Source: Eledone cirrhosa (lineage: Eukaryota). Taken from it: a stretch of 64,000 bases of DNA. This document shows, one piece after another, positions 52,973 to 64,000 of this stretch. The notes below the pieces were generated by a model. That model saw only the letters and a list, made by a program, of their open reading frames with translations, was not told where the DNA came from and made no database searches. The DNA lies in NCBI GenBank assembly GCA_964016885.1, contig OZ024754.1, forward strand, positions 33,666,001-33,730,000. The letters run 5' to 3'. Each line of letters begins with the position of its first letter. Positions within the stretch are counted from its first letter, which is position 1. Both the position numbers and the translations under genes were made by a program.

Positions 52973-53677
52973 TGGAATCTCATACATTTACAATCAACCT
53001 GTAACACTACTGAATTTTCTTCAGCTAATATAAGTTAAAATAAAATAAATGTAAATCATCTGTATTTAAGAGAATCATATTTGTCATGCTTTCCAAATGT
53101 CTGGCATAGTTTTTCTGGCTGGATGCCCTTTACAGCATGGACTAGGTGCATTATTTGTGCCACTAGCACTAGAGGGGTTGTCTTACTGGACTCAAGAGTC
53201 CTCTCCACCCAGTATCAGTACTTATTTGGAGTGTCTACTCTCCTAGATGGGTTGCCTTCACTTCAACTTATGGAGCTCACGTCATATCATCATCATCATT
53301 TAACATCCATTTTTCCCTACACCACCACCACCACAACACCACACCACCACAACACCACCACAACCACCACACCACAACACTCAACCCCTATACCACCAGC
53401 ACCACCACACCACCACACCACATATATACCAGTATTTATGTTACCTTCTATTGTATTTCAGTACACCACCACCACACCACCACCACCACCACACCACCAC
53501 CACCACCACCACATGTATACCAGTATTTATGTTACCTTCTATTGTATTTCAGTACAGCATCACCACACTACCACCACCACCACCACACCACCACCACCAC
53601 CACACTACCACCACCACACTACCACCACCACCACCACATATATACCAGTATTTATGTTACCTTCTCTTATATTTCAG

Positions 53678-53706
53678 TAAGAGCAGAAGAAATTAATGTT
53701 TGCAAG
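53678..53706 (+). CDS. CPNE8: Copine micro-exon (29 nt), C2A-C2B linker
   Basis: atttcAG / GTaaat; (L)RAEEINVCK; ends phase 0. Confidence 0.85.
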
Positions 53707-53871
53707 GTAAATATATTTCTCATTAACCTTTACCTAAACTTTCTTTCTTAGCTTCCTGGAAACAGGATTAAAGAGGATTTTAGAATGTTTCTTTTGTGGC
53801 ACAATACTGTGGCACTTCCTGATGATTTCTCATGAATGAAACAGTTCTAGCTGCAGAAGCTTTTCTATATT

Positions 53872-53910
<39 letters not shown>

Positions 53911-54715
53911 TCACACATACACACTCACACTCACACACACAATGACAAACACATACACCCACCACATGTTTACATAATGACAACAGTACATCACTAGTGC
54001 TGCAGCCATTAAATGATGTGCTATAGTTGGGTTATGATTATTTTCCATTATGTTATTTTAATAGATATTCATTGCTTCTTTTATAAAATTTCTCTGAACT
54101 ACTATCTCCTATCGTCTATTATGTTTATTTATTGTGAGATTTAATTTTCTTGCCAGCAGTTGTTGTTTTGGATTGACAAAAGAAAATAATTTCAATGAAG
54201 AATGAGCAGAGGAAATCTTTTGAAAATAAATCTTCTTTCTTATAATTTTCCTTCTTTATATAGGTGTAGGTATGGCTGTGTGGCACCTTTGGCAAGTAAT
54301 TTCTACTATAGTCTCAAGTTAAGTAATGTCTTGTGAGTGAAATTTGGTAGATTGGAAACTGTGTGGAATCTCAAGTGTGTATTTTATATCACCTTGACCG
54401 ACCAGTCTGTCAGGCGCCAATCAGCGCCGCTGGTCACAGCACGTTGTGCTGTTTTAGCCATAAGATAACGCCATCCCACTGGCTGGGCGGGCAGGCCAGT
54501 ACTCATTTCTACAGTTGAGTAAACTGGAGCAACGTGAAATAAAGTGTCTTGCGCAAGGAAACAACACATCACCCGGTCCGAGAATTGAACTCACAACCTT
54601 TCGATTGCAAGCCCAATGCTTTAACCACTAAGCCATGCACCTTCACTTTTTATTTTATTTTATTTTATTTTATTTTATTTTATTTTATATATATATATAT
54701 ATATTTATATATATT

Positions 54716-54747
<32 letters not shown>

Positions 54748-54814
54748 AATATATAAATATATATATTTATAAATATATATATTTATATATATAAATATAT
54801 ATATATATACAAAT

Positions 54815-54867
<53 letters not shown>

Positions 54868-55046
54868 AATATAAAAAAAAAGAGATGAAATCGAAAATGC
54901 AACTGGAGTCTTATTTTTTTTTTAAATATATATATTTATTTGGTTCCTTTACCGGTTTCGCAGTTCTTCTCTTTTCAAAAGGTGAGTTGAGATGGAGGGT
55001 CTGTGGTTTTTCTCACATCTGGTTGTAAAAAAAACCTCACTTTCTA

Positions 55047-55129
<83 letters not shown>

Positions 55130-55650
55130 CTACCCCATTACCAAAGGTTTCAGGACCCTGGACAATATTAACATATGTCTAGTTCGCTCATCAGACAGAG
55201 GGACTAATTTGAGTTTTTAACTCAATATATACTTTTATTAAATAACATTACAAATGGGAGTGAAAATATGAACACAAATGATATATACAAAGCATATAAA
55301 TAAATTTACAGGAGAATAACATAACAAATATGTTTTAAATATATACATAAATAACATTACAAATGCTTAGATAACATTATAAATTGGTTGCGATTCTTTC
55401 AGAAAGATATATTCCTTTAGTGTCAGCAGAGTGAGCACTCAATGTGTAGTTTCCAATCGGTAAAGAGGTGTGGAACTAAGCAGAGTGTAATTATAATAAT
55501 AATAAAAAGGACAATTTGTTATGTCTTCATTACGAGTCAGTGACATCATATTGACACTGTCAATATGACTTCACTGACACTGTCAATAGTTATGTATCTT
55601 TATCGATGTTCTGAAGACTAGGATTATAATTACTTGTTTAAACATTGTGT

Positions 55651-55700
55651 ATGCTCTGATGATCCCGGACATTCGTCTGGAAGAAACAATTGTCAGGAAT
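55651..55700 (+). ncRNA. Minimal hammerhead motif
   Basis: CTGATGA-tcccggac attc gtctggaa-GAAA-c aatt g-TC; strong helix II, GUC triplet, weak helix I. Confidence 0.5.
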
Positions 55701-55746
55701 TAAATGTATTAAACTAAAATTTGATTGTTTTATATTTTGTGTATAT

Positions 55747-55823
<77 letters not shown>

Positions 55824-56202
55824 ATATATTTGTTATCTATAGAAATGACTTCTACAGGACTAGAACAGTTTCATTTTTATGAAATCATCAGGAATTCTTG
55901 TTGATTTCATATGAATCATCTAATAGAGATGCTTATACTCTACCAAGCTATTGAGTAGCTTTTTTAAATGTGCCCCCACCCCCCTCCGACATCCAATAAT
56001 ATATGTGTGTGTGTGTGTGTGGACGTGTGTGTACTTCATATAGAAATGACTTCTAGAGGACTAGAACTGTTTCATTCATTTAAAACTGCCAAACAAAGTA
56101 ATTTTAGTCATCTAGAAGTCATTTCTATTTAAAATATATATGTACCTTCTCTACTAATACATTGAGGGTCCCTGCCATTCCTCTTTGAAAAACCATTCTT
56201 AA

Positions 56203-56423
56203 CCCTTTAGCATTTAAACCAGCTGTATCTGGCTAGAATTCTCTCACTTCTTTCTGTTCAAACCGGCCGTAACCAGCTGCTCATACTTATGTTAAGGTAT
56301 TGTTCTCAAAACAAATAATATCAAAATCTCGTAGTTTCGATATTATGTTAGATAATTATGTAAGATAAAGTGTTTACTATAAAAATACAATGGTATATAT
56401 AGAGTAATGTAAATACTAAAGGG
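56203..56423 (+). mobile_element. piggyBac-type MITE
   Basis: TTAA|CCCTTTAGCATTT ... AAATACTAAAGGG|TTAA. Confidence 0.88.
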
Positions 56424-56950
56424 TTAAATATGTGTATAGGCCTGTGTATTTACGTATTTATGTCTCATAACTTAGCAGCTTGACAAAGAGTGATTGATAA
56501 AATAAGTACCAGACTTTGAAAAAAAAGTACTGGGTTCGATATGATTGACTAAATTCCTTTTAGCTACTGCCCCAGCATAGCCACAGTCTAATGAATGAAA
56601 CTAGTAAAAGACAGAGTAGATAAATGAAGTAAATAAACAGCAAAGCTGGTGTTTTGCAATAAAATATTAAAGATCTGCCATTTATACATAGAGATTAATT
56701 CTGTGGAATCAAAAATGGAATTGTATTAAGAAAATGACATATTTGAAGACAGTTGGTAAATCTGGAGATTTAGATTTATTATTATCATAAATAATATGTT
56801 ATTTCATTACAGCTGTTACAGTGCTGACAATTGTAAAAATGGTGGGGAGGGGTGATCGGTGACATAATGACTGGTAGTGAGAGGGAAACGATAGGTGGTC
56901 TATGTGAGAAGAGTAAAGGATATATATATATATCTATATCTATCTATCTA

Positions 56951-57042
<92 letters not shown>

Positions 57043-57050
57043 CATATATC

Positions 57051-57089
<39 letters not shown>

Positions 57090-57989
57090 GTGTGTGTGTG
57101 TATGTGTATGTGTATAGCAAGAGAGAGAGAGGGAGAGAGATGGTGTGTGTGTGTGTAATTGAGGTAAAAAGAGCAGAAAGATAGTTAGCAACCTTGCTAG
57201 AGAGAGAAAGAGGGAGAGAGAGCATAATTGAAGTAGAGATAGATAGTGAGATGGAGAGAGATTGTTAGCGACCTTGCTAGAGAGAGAGAGAGAGTGAGAG
57301 AGAGAGAGAGAGGGAGAGGGAGAGAGAGAGAGAGAGATTCAGATGAAACAGATGTGTTAAATATGCAAAACAAGAAAAAGATGTTAAATGAAAAGATAGG
57401 AAAATACAACAGGAAAATAGAATTGAAAAAAAAAATCTGGAAAATATAATAGAGAAAATGTAAAATAAAGAAAAATGATTATAAAAAGACAAAGGTATGA
57501 AAAGCTATAAAACGAAAGTTGATGTTGATGGCAGGAAGGATTTAACATCTTATTTTATCAAGTATATTGTATAGTATTTATTATATTATATTTTTCTGTC
57601 ATTCGTTCTTTCAACAGAATGTATAACAATTAACTACAAGACACTATTCTTTAGAGAACAAATATAAAGACAAATAAATTTGAGAGTGAGATATAATATT
57701 GGGGAAAATAATCATATTTTATTTCTAGTCTCCTTCAACATTGAAAATAGTTTGTTTTGGTTTTTGTTTTGTTGGGTTTTAGGTTTGGGTTTTTAGTGTG
57801 AATCTAAAGCAATGACTTCTGGCAAGAAAATTAAATCACGCAATAAATAAATTTCTTTTATTCTTTTGCTAGTTTCAGTCATTAGGCTTTGGTCATACTG
57901 GGGCAGTTCCAATACTATGGGCATGTGGTTAGAATGTCTCAGAAAATAATTGCTGGACAGATTTTACGGGCAAAACCAATCCACTTATT

Positions 57990-58395
57990 CCTGAGAGGGT
58001 CATGAGGGAAGAGTCCTCAAACACTCCTTCCAGTGGGTCCTGTCAGAAGCAACCGTCACTAACTGATCTGTCTGGATCCCCAAGCATGACCAGCTGAGCT
58101 CATGGATGTTATCCAACCATCTTGCTCGGGGGTCTACCCCTGGGTCCTCAGCTTGTTGGTTTTGCCCAATTCTTTGCCAATTCTTTCTTCCTGAGACATT
58201 CTAACCACATGCCCATAGTATTGGAGCTGTGATCTCTCAATTCAGAGAAGTAGAGGCTCTACCTGGAGTGACTCTCTGATCTCAGAGCTATGCACTCTAT
58301 TGAGTAACAGTACTCCAAAGATCCTTTAGAGGAACCCCATTTCGGCCGCTTGTATTCGCAATCGTATTCTCTCAGTGATTACTCAAGATTCATGA
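57990..58395 (-). pseudogene. Degenerate RTE (Expander/Rex3-like) fragment abutting a copine acceptor
   Basis: Minus strand reads HES*VITERIRLRIQAAEMGFL*RI and YYGHVVRMSQE. Confidence 0.65.
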
Positions 58396-58408
58396 TTTTT
58401 TGTTGTAG

Positions 58409-58512
58409 GATAAATTAACTCTACAGTTCCAAGCTACTAATTTGGATAAAAAAGACTTCTTTGGAAAATCTGACCCCTTTCTAATATTCTATCGAGCTAA
58501 TGAAGATAGCAG
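58409..58512 (+). CDS. CPNE8: Copine exon, start of C2B
   Basis: gttgtAG / GTtagt; 104 nt [34 protein letters not shown](S); [14 protein letters not shown] is a copine hallmark. Confidence 0.96.
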
Positions 58513-58714
58513 GTTAGTACATATTTTATTACTTTGATACATTAGTTTATTGACTCGTTATCAACATTTTCTCATTCTAGCCTGACAATTTATGATGCAA
58601 TCTTATTGAGGTTTAGCTGGCTTCTTACAAGATGGCATCTCATAGGGGATTTTCACATGTTTTAATGATAAGAGACCCAGTCCTAACATCCTAACATGTT
58701 GTTACAGCTGTTAG

Positions 58715-59272
58715 GCTGGTGCCACAATAAGGTACTCTGAGCACACTCTGTAAAGTGGTAGTGCCTATTGACATGATAAAAAACATCCAGTATTCTCTGT
58801 AAAATGGTAAGTGCTGGTGCCACGATAAAATACATCCAATACATTCTGTAAAGTGGTAGTGCTGGTGCCATGATAAAATACATCCATTACACTCTGTAAA
58901 GTGGTAGTGTTGGTGCCATGATAAAATGCATCCAATACATTCTGTAAAGTGGTAGTGCTGGTGCCACGATAAAATACATCCAATACATTCTGTAAAGTGG
59001 TAGTGTTGGTGCCACGATAAAATGCATCCAATACATTCTGTAAAGTGGTAGTGCTATTACTACAATAAAATATGTCCAACGTACTCTGTAAAGTGGCTGG
59101 CTTTAGGAAGTATATCCAGCCATTAAAAAAAACATCTCAGAATGGAGCGTATAAGTAAGATGTAATCATTTGACCTGTCTAGTCTCGGAATCTGACAATC
59201 TATAATAGCCTATGCTAACGTGGAAAATGGATGTAAAATGGTGATAATGATATTGATGATGTTGATGATGAT
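58715..59272 (+). repeat. 48-bp minisatellite plus RTE-type 3' tail
   Basis: Same unit family as 25320-25880, opposite strand. Confidence 0.85.
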
Positions 59273-59323
59273 TATATAAGAATATATTCCCAAGTTGTAA
59301 ACTATTTCCTCTATATATTGTAG

Positions 59324-59428
59324 TTTTACAGCAGTGCATAAAACTGAAGTTATCAAGAACACATTAAATCCAACATGGCAGCCGTTTAATGTGATGGCTA
59401 ATGTTCTGTGTAATGGAGATTATGACAG
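59324..59428 (+). CDS. CPNE8: Copine exon, C2B
   Basis: attgtAG / GTaagg; 105 nt (S)[34 protein letters not shown](R). Confidence 0.96.
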
Positions 59429-60160
59429 GTAAGGGACATAACTACGTTACTCATTTCATTTTCTTGTTTCTACTCTGATGACTCCATTAACTCTTAACAT
59501 TCCTTTATAATGATTTCACATAAAATATCTAAAAACAGGTTTGTTAATTCAAACTTTTCTAGTATATTAACTTGTGGACTGATCATTAATGTGATACAGT
59601 CCAAGTGAAGGTGTGTGGCCTAGTGATGATGATGATGATGATGATTCACACCCTTTGATTTCCAGCTTCTACAGCCCACTATCTTTCACACACACACACA
59701 CTCACACATATACACACTTACACTTATACACACACAGTTACACACACATATATATTTACACACACATATCTTACGGCTTTCACACGCTAGCGCACCCTCT
59801 TGATTTAACCCATTTGGTCAGTAGCTTTTGCCACAGCCTATCACGCGCACGCGCATTCTTTCCCTCGTTTAAATTTTAAATAATTTTCTCCCCATAACGG
59901 CATTCCTGTCTTAACGACATCACAACTTTCTCCGCTTGGCCTGTTCCCCCCCTTTTGGAACTTTCCCCCGTTGATGGGCGTGAGCCCGAAATATTGGGAT
60001 TAAATCTCCACTACGGTAACCCTTGTTTTGTTTTCATCTTTGTCTCTCTCAATTTTCACTTTCACCTGTTTTTCCTATCTATCTTTCACTTCCTACCTCG
60101 AGATTTCCCTCTGCATTGTTGTGGCTTTCTTAACTACGTATTTTATAAATATATATATAT

Positions 60161-60776
60161 ATCATCATCATCACCATCATTTAACGTCTATCTTCCACGC
60201 TAGCATGGGTTTAGACGGGAATTGTGCCATGTGATGCAGGATTGGTTGTCTTGCTCATATAGGACTGTCTGGCAGGTTTTCTACGGCTGGATGCCCTTCC
60301 TAACACCAACCACGTTTACTGTGTGGACTGGGAGGTTGTGACACCAACATAACTTTACAGAGAAAGGTAAGGTGTAGATGATGGTGGGGGTAGGGGTAGT
60401 GTGTGTATTTTTGGATAGGAGGTGTCTACTGACTGTAGATTTCGCTTTGTACTTAGGCAAGGCGGGTCTTCTGTATTACTGCGTAGTGCCAAAGATCTCG
60501 ATCCAGTGACATTGTCTTGGAGAGGTGTAAGTGTGTAAGGTCGGAATTTATCAAATCATCACAGGTTTTTCTGGGTCTGCCTACTCCGTAACTTCCATCT
60601 ATTTTGATCGCCCTGCATTTTTTTATACAGCTGTCGTCTTTCATGCACATCACGTGACCATACCAACGTAGTCTTCTCTCGAGTAAACAGCATCTGATCC
60701 CTCTTATTCCTAATTTCTCACTTAGTTCATTTATGCTCTACCGTTCACGTATATTACTATTACACATCCAACGGAA
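60161..60776 (-). mobile_element. Degenerate RTE LINE 3' fragment
   Basis: Encodes ...MKDDSCIKKCRAIKIDGSYGVGRPRKT...; 3' UTR and (GAT)n tail. Confidence 0.88.
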
Positions 60777-61007
60777 TATATATATATATATATATATAAT
60801 CGCCTGTTACATTTCACATAAACATTCAGTATAATATATAACATTCAGTTATAAATGATATTTGATGTAGTTTACTTATCAAATAGCCTGCAATTTGAGT
60901 AAATCTAATATGTATAGATACAATAAAATTATCTCAGAGCAATTCACTTAAACATCATTACATTATTGCTTTACTAGCCAGAATTACTGTAAGCTTTCCT
61001 GCCTTAA

Positions 61008-61299
61008 CCCTTTAGCATTTAAACCAGCTGTATCCTGCTAGAATTTTCTCATCTCTTTCTGTTCAAAACAGCCGTAGCTAGCCATTCATATTGATGTTAA
61101 GGTATTGTTCTCAAAATGAATAATATTAAAATTTCATAGATTCGATATTATGTGAGATATTATTTGAGATAAAGCCTTTAATGTGAAAATACAATAGTAT
61201 ATATAGAGTAATGTAAATGTTATGTGAGATATTATTTGAGATAAAGCCTTTACTGTGAAAATACATTAGTATATATAGAGTAATGTAAATGCCAAAGGG
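61008..61299 (+). mobile_element. piggyBac-type MITE with internal duplication
   Basis: TTAA TSD, CCCTTT TIR; ~70-bp internal segment duplicated. Confidence 0.88.
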
Positions 61300-61814
61300 T
61301 TAAGACATAGAACATGTGGTCTATATTTCAAATGTGGTAGAGAGATCATTCTGGCTATGACTTTAACTCTTAATGTCCTATACTCCATGAGAGATGACAT
61401 TCTTGAAAAGTACAAAGCAGCACTATGACTGCATGACATCAAAAGTCCTTACCATAATACTGCAAAATTTCCACAATTATCTGTCTCATTAGTAAAGATA
61501 GTATAAACTTTTGAATTAAGAAACATGAAATCACAGGAGCAAGACCAGATCTGCCCACCTCTAAAAACCCAAATGGGAAGTACCATGAAATAAAAGTGCC
61601 CCAAAACGAGGAGAAATGAGGCAAAATTGGGAGATTTTACATAATGAAAGCTATACCCATTTTCACAAGAGAAGACATCTCTCACCCACCCCAAAGTGGG
61701 TGTGAGATCTCCCCATTGGACGAGGACAGTTGACGGATCTGAGCAAGACATTCTTGAAAAGTACAAAGCAGCACTATGACTGCATCACATTAAAAATTAA
61801 AGTCCTTACCATAA

Positions 61815-62035
61815 CCCTTTAGCATTTAAGCCGGCCGTATCTGGCCAGAATTCTCTCACCTCTTTCTGTTCAAACTGGCCATAATCGGCCGCTCATACCT
61901 ATGTTAAGGTATTGTTCTCAAAATAAATATTATCAAAATCTCATAAATTCAATATTATGTGAGATAATAATGTAAGATAAAGCCTTTACTGTGAAAATAC
62001 AATAGTAAATATAGAGTAATGTAAATGCTAAAGGG
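61815..62035 (+). mobile_element. piggyBac-type MITE at an ATAA/TTAA site
   Basis: ATAA|CCCTTTAGCATTTA ... TAAATGCTAAAGGG|TTAA. Confidence 0.88.
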
Positions 62036-62212
62036 TTAATACTGGAAATTTCCACAACAATCTGTCCACTAGTAAAGATACTTGTGTTCTCTTACAAACA
62101 TATACACATACACACTGTCAATCTCCCTCAGTTAAATATTTTTACATTCCTTTGTTATTAAAAATATTTAATGTGAAACTAATTTGTGACATTTCTTCAT
62201 ATTTATATTCAG

Positions 62213-62254
62213 AAAAATCAAAGTGGAGTGTTACGACTGGGACAGAGATGGAGG
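62213..62254 (+). CDS. CPNE8: Copine exon, C2B Ca-binding loop
   Basis: tattcAG / GTgagt; 42 nt (R)KIKVECYDWDRDG(G). Confidence 0.94.
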
Positions 62255-62274
62255 GTGAGTATCATACATTCTTC

Positions 62275-62832
62275 TGCAATCAGTAAAGTAATCCGTGATA
62301 CATTAAAAAAAGACGATATTATACATAAACTGCATTAGGAGAAAATTAGCGACAGAAATATAAACCCTATATAACAATGCAAATATATGAACGTTTATAT
62401 AAATGATATAATAAGTGTTACGATATAACGGACGCTAACCGGAAGTGTTGACATTTGAAAATTTTAAAGAAGTGAATCTTGAAATAAGCAATAAAATATA
62501 TTTATATTTAATCAAGATTTACGAAATTTAGTACATAAATTATGTAATATTCATTCATTATTTATTCAAAGTAATCCAACTTATTTTACAAATGGAATTA
62601 AAAAAATATATTCAGAATGTAGTCCCGCATTCCTCCCTTTATTGGCAGTATCGGTAGAGGGTCGGACGCCATGCTTTCCAGCATAGTTACGTCCCTTTAT
62701 GATCTGAGTTCAAATCTTGCCGAGGTTGACTTTGCCTTTCATCCTTACGGGTTCGATAAAATAAAGTACCAGTAATGCTCTGGGTAATTGCTGGCCCTGT
62801 GCCTAAAGTAGAAACAATTATATTATGATTGA
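62275..62832 (-). mobile_element. Second, partial copy of the Helitron, with a SINE inserted near its 5' end
   Basis: 62275-62640 aligns by eye with 11091-12295 once nested inserts are removed; SINE at 62642-62822. Confidence 0.65.
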
Positions 62833-62861
62833 TGCACTGATATGCTTTGTATCTTTTCTAG

Positions 62862-62937
62862 GCATGATTTTATTGGGGAATTTACCACAAATTTAAGAAC
62901 TTTGCTGAAAGGTGCAGCTCCAGACAACAGATATGAA
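62862..62937 (+). CDS. CPNE8: Copine exon, C2B (gene presumably continues beyond the window)
   Basis: ttttctAG / GTatgt; 76 nt (G)HDFIGEFTTNLRTLLKGAAPDNRYE. Confidence 0.94.
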
Positions 62938-63217
62938 GTATGTATTATAGAAATATTCTATATTTTCATTTATATAACTTTAATCCTTTCAATAGTGGTG
63001 CCATCTGGCCTAGTGGTAAGTGTTTTGGACTTACAATCATGATGTCATGGGTTCGATTCCTGGACTGGGATAAAATAAACTACCAATAACGCACTGGAGT
63101 CGACCTTCCCCTCACCTCAAAATTGTTGGCCTTGTGCCTAAATCAGAAATAATTATTATAACATTACCCTTCTTAATATAAATAACATTCTACATATTAA
63201 TGATTTATCAACAGTTT

Positions 63218-63485
63218 GTGGAGGCACGTGGCCTATTGCTAAGGATGTTGGACTTACAATCATAACATCGTGGGTTTGATTCCTGTGTTGTGTTCTTGAG
63301 CAAAACACTTTATTTCACATTGCTCCAGTATACTCAGCTGAAAATGAGTACCAGTAATAGTTGGGGATTTAACCCTGCGATGGACTGGCATCCTGTCCAG
63401 TGGGGAGTCTTGTACTCTCAGTCAATTCACGCCATGAAACCGGGATAACCACCGGCCAAATGACCCTTCTGGCTTGAGACAGACT
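63218..63485 (+). mobile_element. tRNA-headed SINE with Meta/V-like core (CCCTGCGATGGACTGGCATCCTGTCCAG)
   Basis: Related copy at 10055-10415; same head/core with other tails at 527-710, 28395-28740 and 54390-54645. Confidence 0.75.
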
Positions 63486-63597
63486 TTAGACTTTTAGACA
63501 ACGCTGTTTACATACCATTACCAATATCATCATTAGATATTATTATTATAACATTGCCCTTCATGAGCTCCAACTGTCCACATACCATTACCAATAT

Positions 63598-63905
63598 CGT
63601 CATCATCATCATCATCATCATTTTACATCCACTTTTCCCTGCTTGCAAAGGTGGGATGGGTCCAATTCAGCATCTCTCCTTCGTCATTTCCTCCGTGAGA
63701 TTCAGCGATCTGAAGTCAGCTCTCACCACCTCCGCCCATGATTTTCGTGGTCTTCCTCTACCATGTCTTCCTTCTACTGGGATTTCTTGGCACTTCTTTA
63801 CCCAGCGGTCATCCTCTATGCACATCACATGTCCATACCATCGCAGTCTTCTCTCCGACACACTACAGCTTATCCCTCTTATACATAGTTTCTCTCTAGA
63901 TATTA
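63598..63905 (-). mobile_element. RTE LINE 3' fragment (short-UTR subfamily)
   Basis: RRLRWYGHVMCIEDDRWVKKC...GRGRPRKSW; same tail as 1571-1810. Confidence 0.88.
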
Positions 63906-64000
63906 TTATAACATTGCCCTTCTTGAGCTCCAACTGACCACATACCATTACCAATATCGTCACTATATATCATTATTATAACATTGCCCTTTTTACTATA

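Noticed and set aside
62995-63070. tRNA gene
   Set aside because: A/B boxes are present, but I could not build a clean cloverleaf and it continues into a SINE tail; it is a SINE head.

Overview
AT-rich, repeat-saturated eukaryotic DNA. The SINE families and RTE LINEs resemble those of octopod cephalopods (inference, not database-checked). The only host gene I can support is a + strand copine (CPNE5/8/9-like), rebuilt by hand from 10 short GT-AG exons between 25999 and 62937. Their phases are consistent and they give 231 codons covering C2A, the linker and C2B; the first coding exon was not found and the vWA domain is not in the window. The rest is transposons and tandem repeats: RTE LINEs with a PHD-type finger (one stop-free copy inside a 25-bp satellite), a Penelope-like GIY-YIG element with inverted pLTRs, a non-autonomous Helitron with nested insertions, piggyBac-, hAT-, Tc2/pogo- and mariner-type MITEs, roughly 30 Nin/Deu-core SINE copies, other tRNA-SINEs and a U6 snRNA retrocopy. 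Most ORF-track entries are microsatellite artefacts. The most unusual observations are (i) about ten minimal hammerhead-ribozyme motifs from several sequence families, some inside long fold-back palindromes; (ii) a triplicated 3' splice site before a 29-nt copine micro-exon, whose distal copy would add a stop-free 72-aa His/Thr/Pro segment; (iii) a piggyBac MITE at a non-canonical ATAA site with the empty site preserved nearby.
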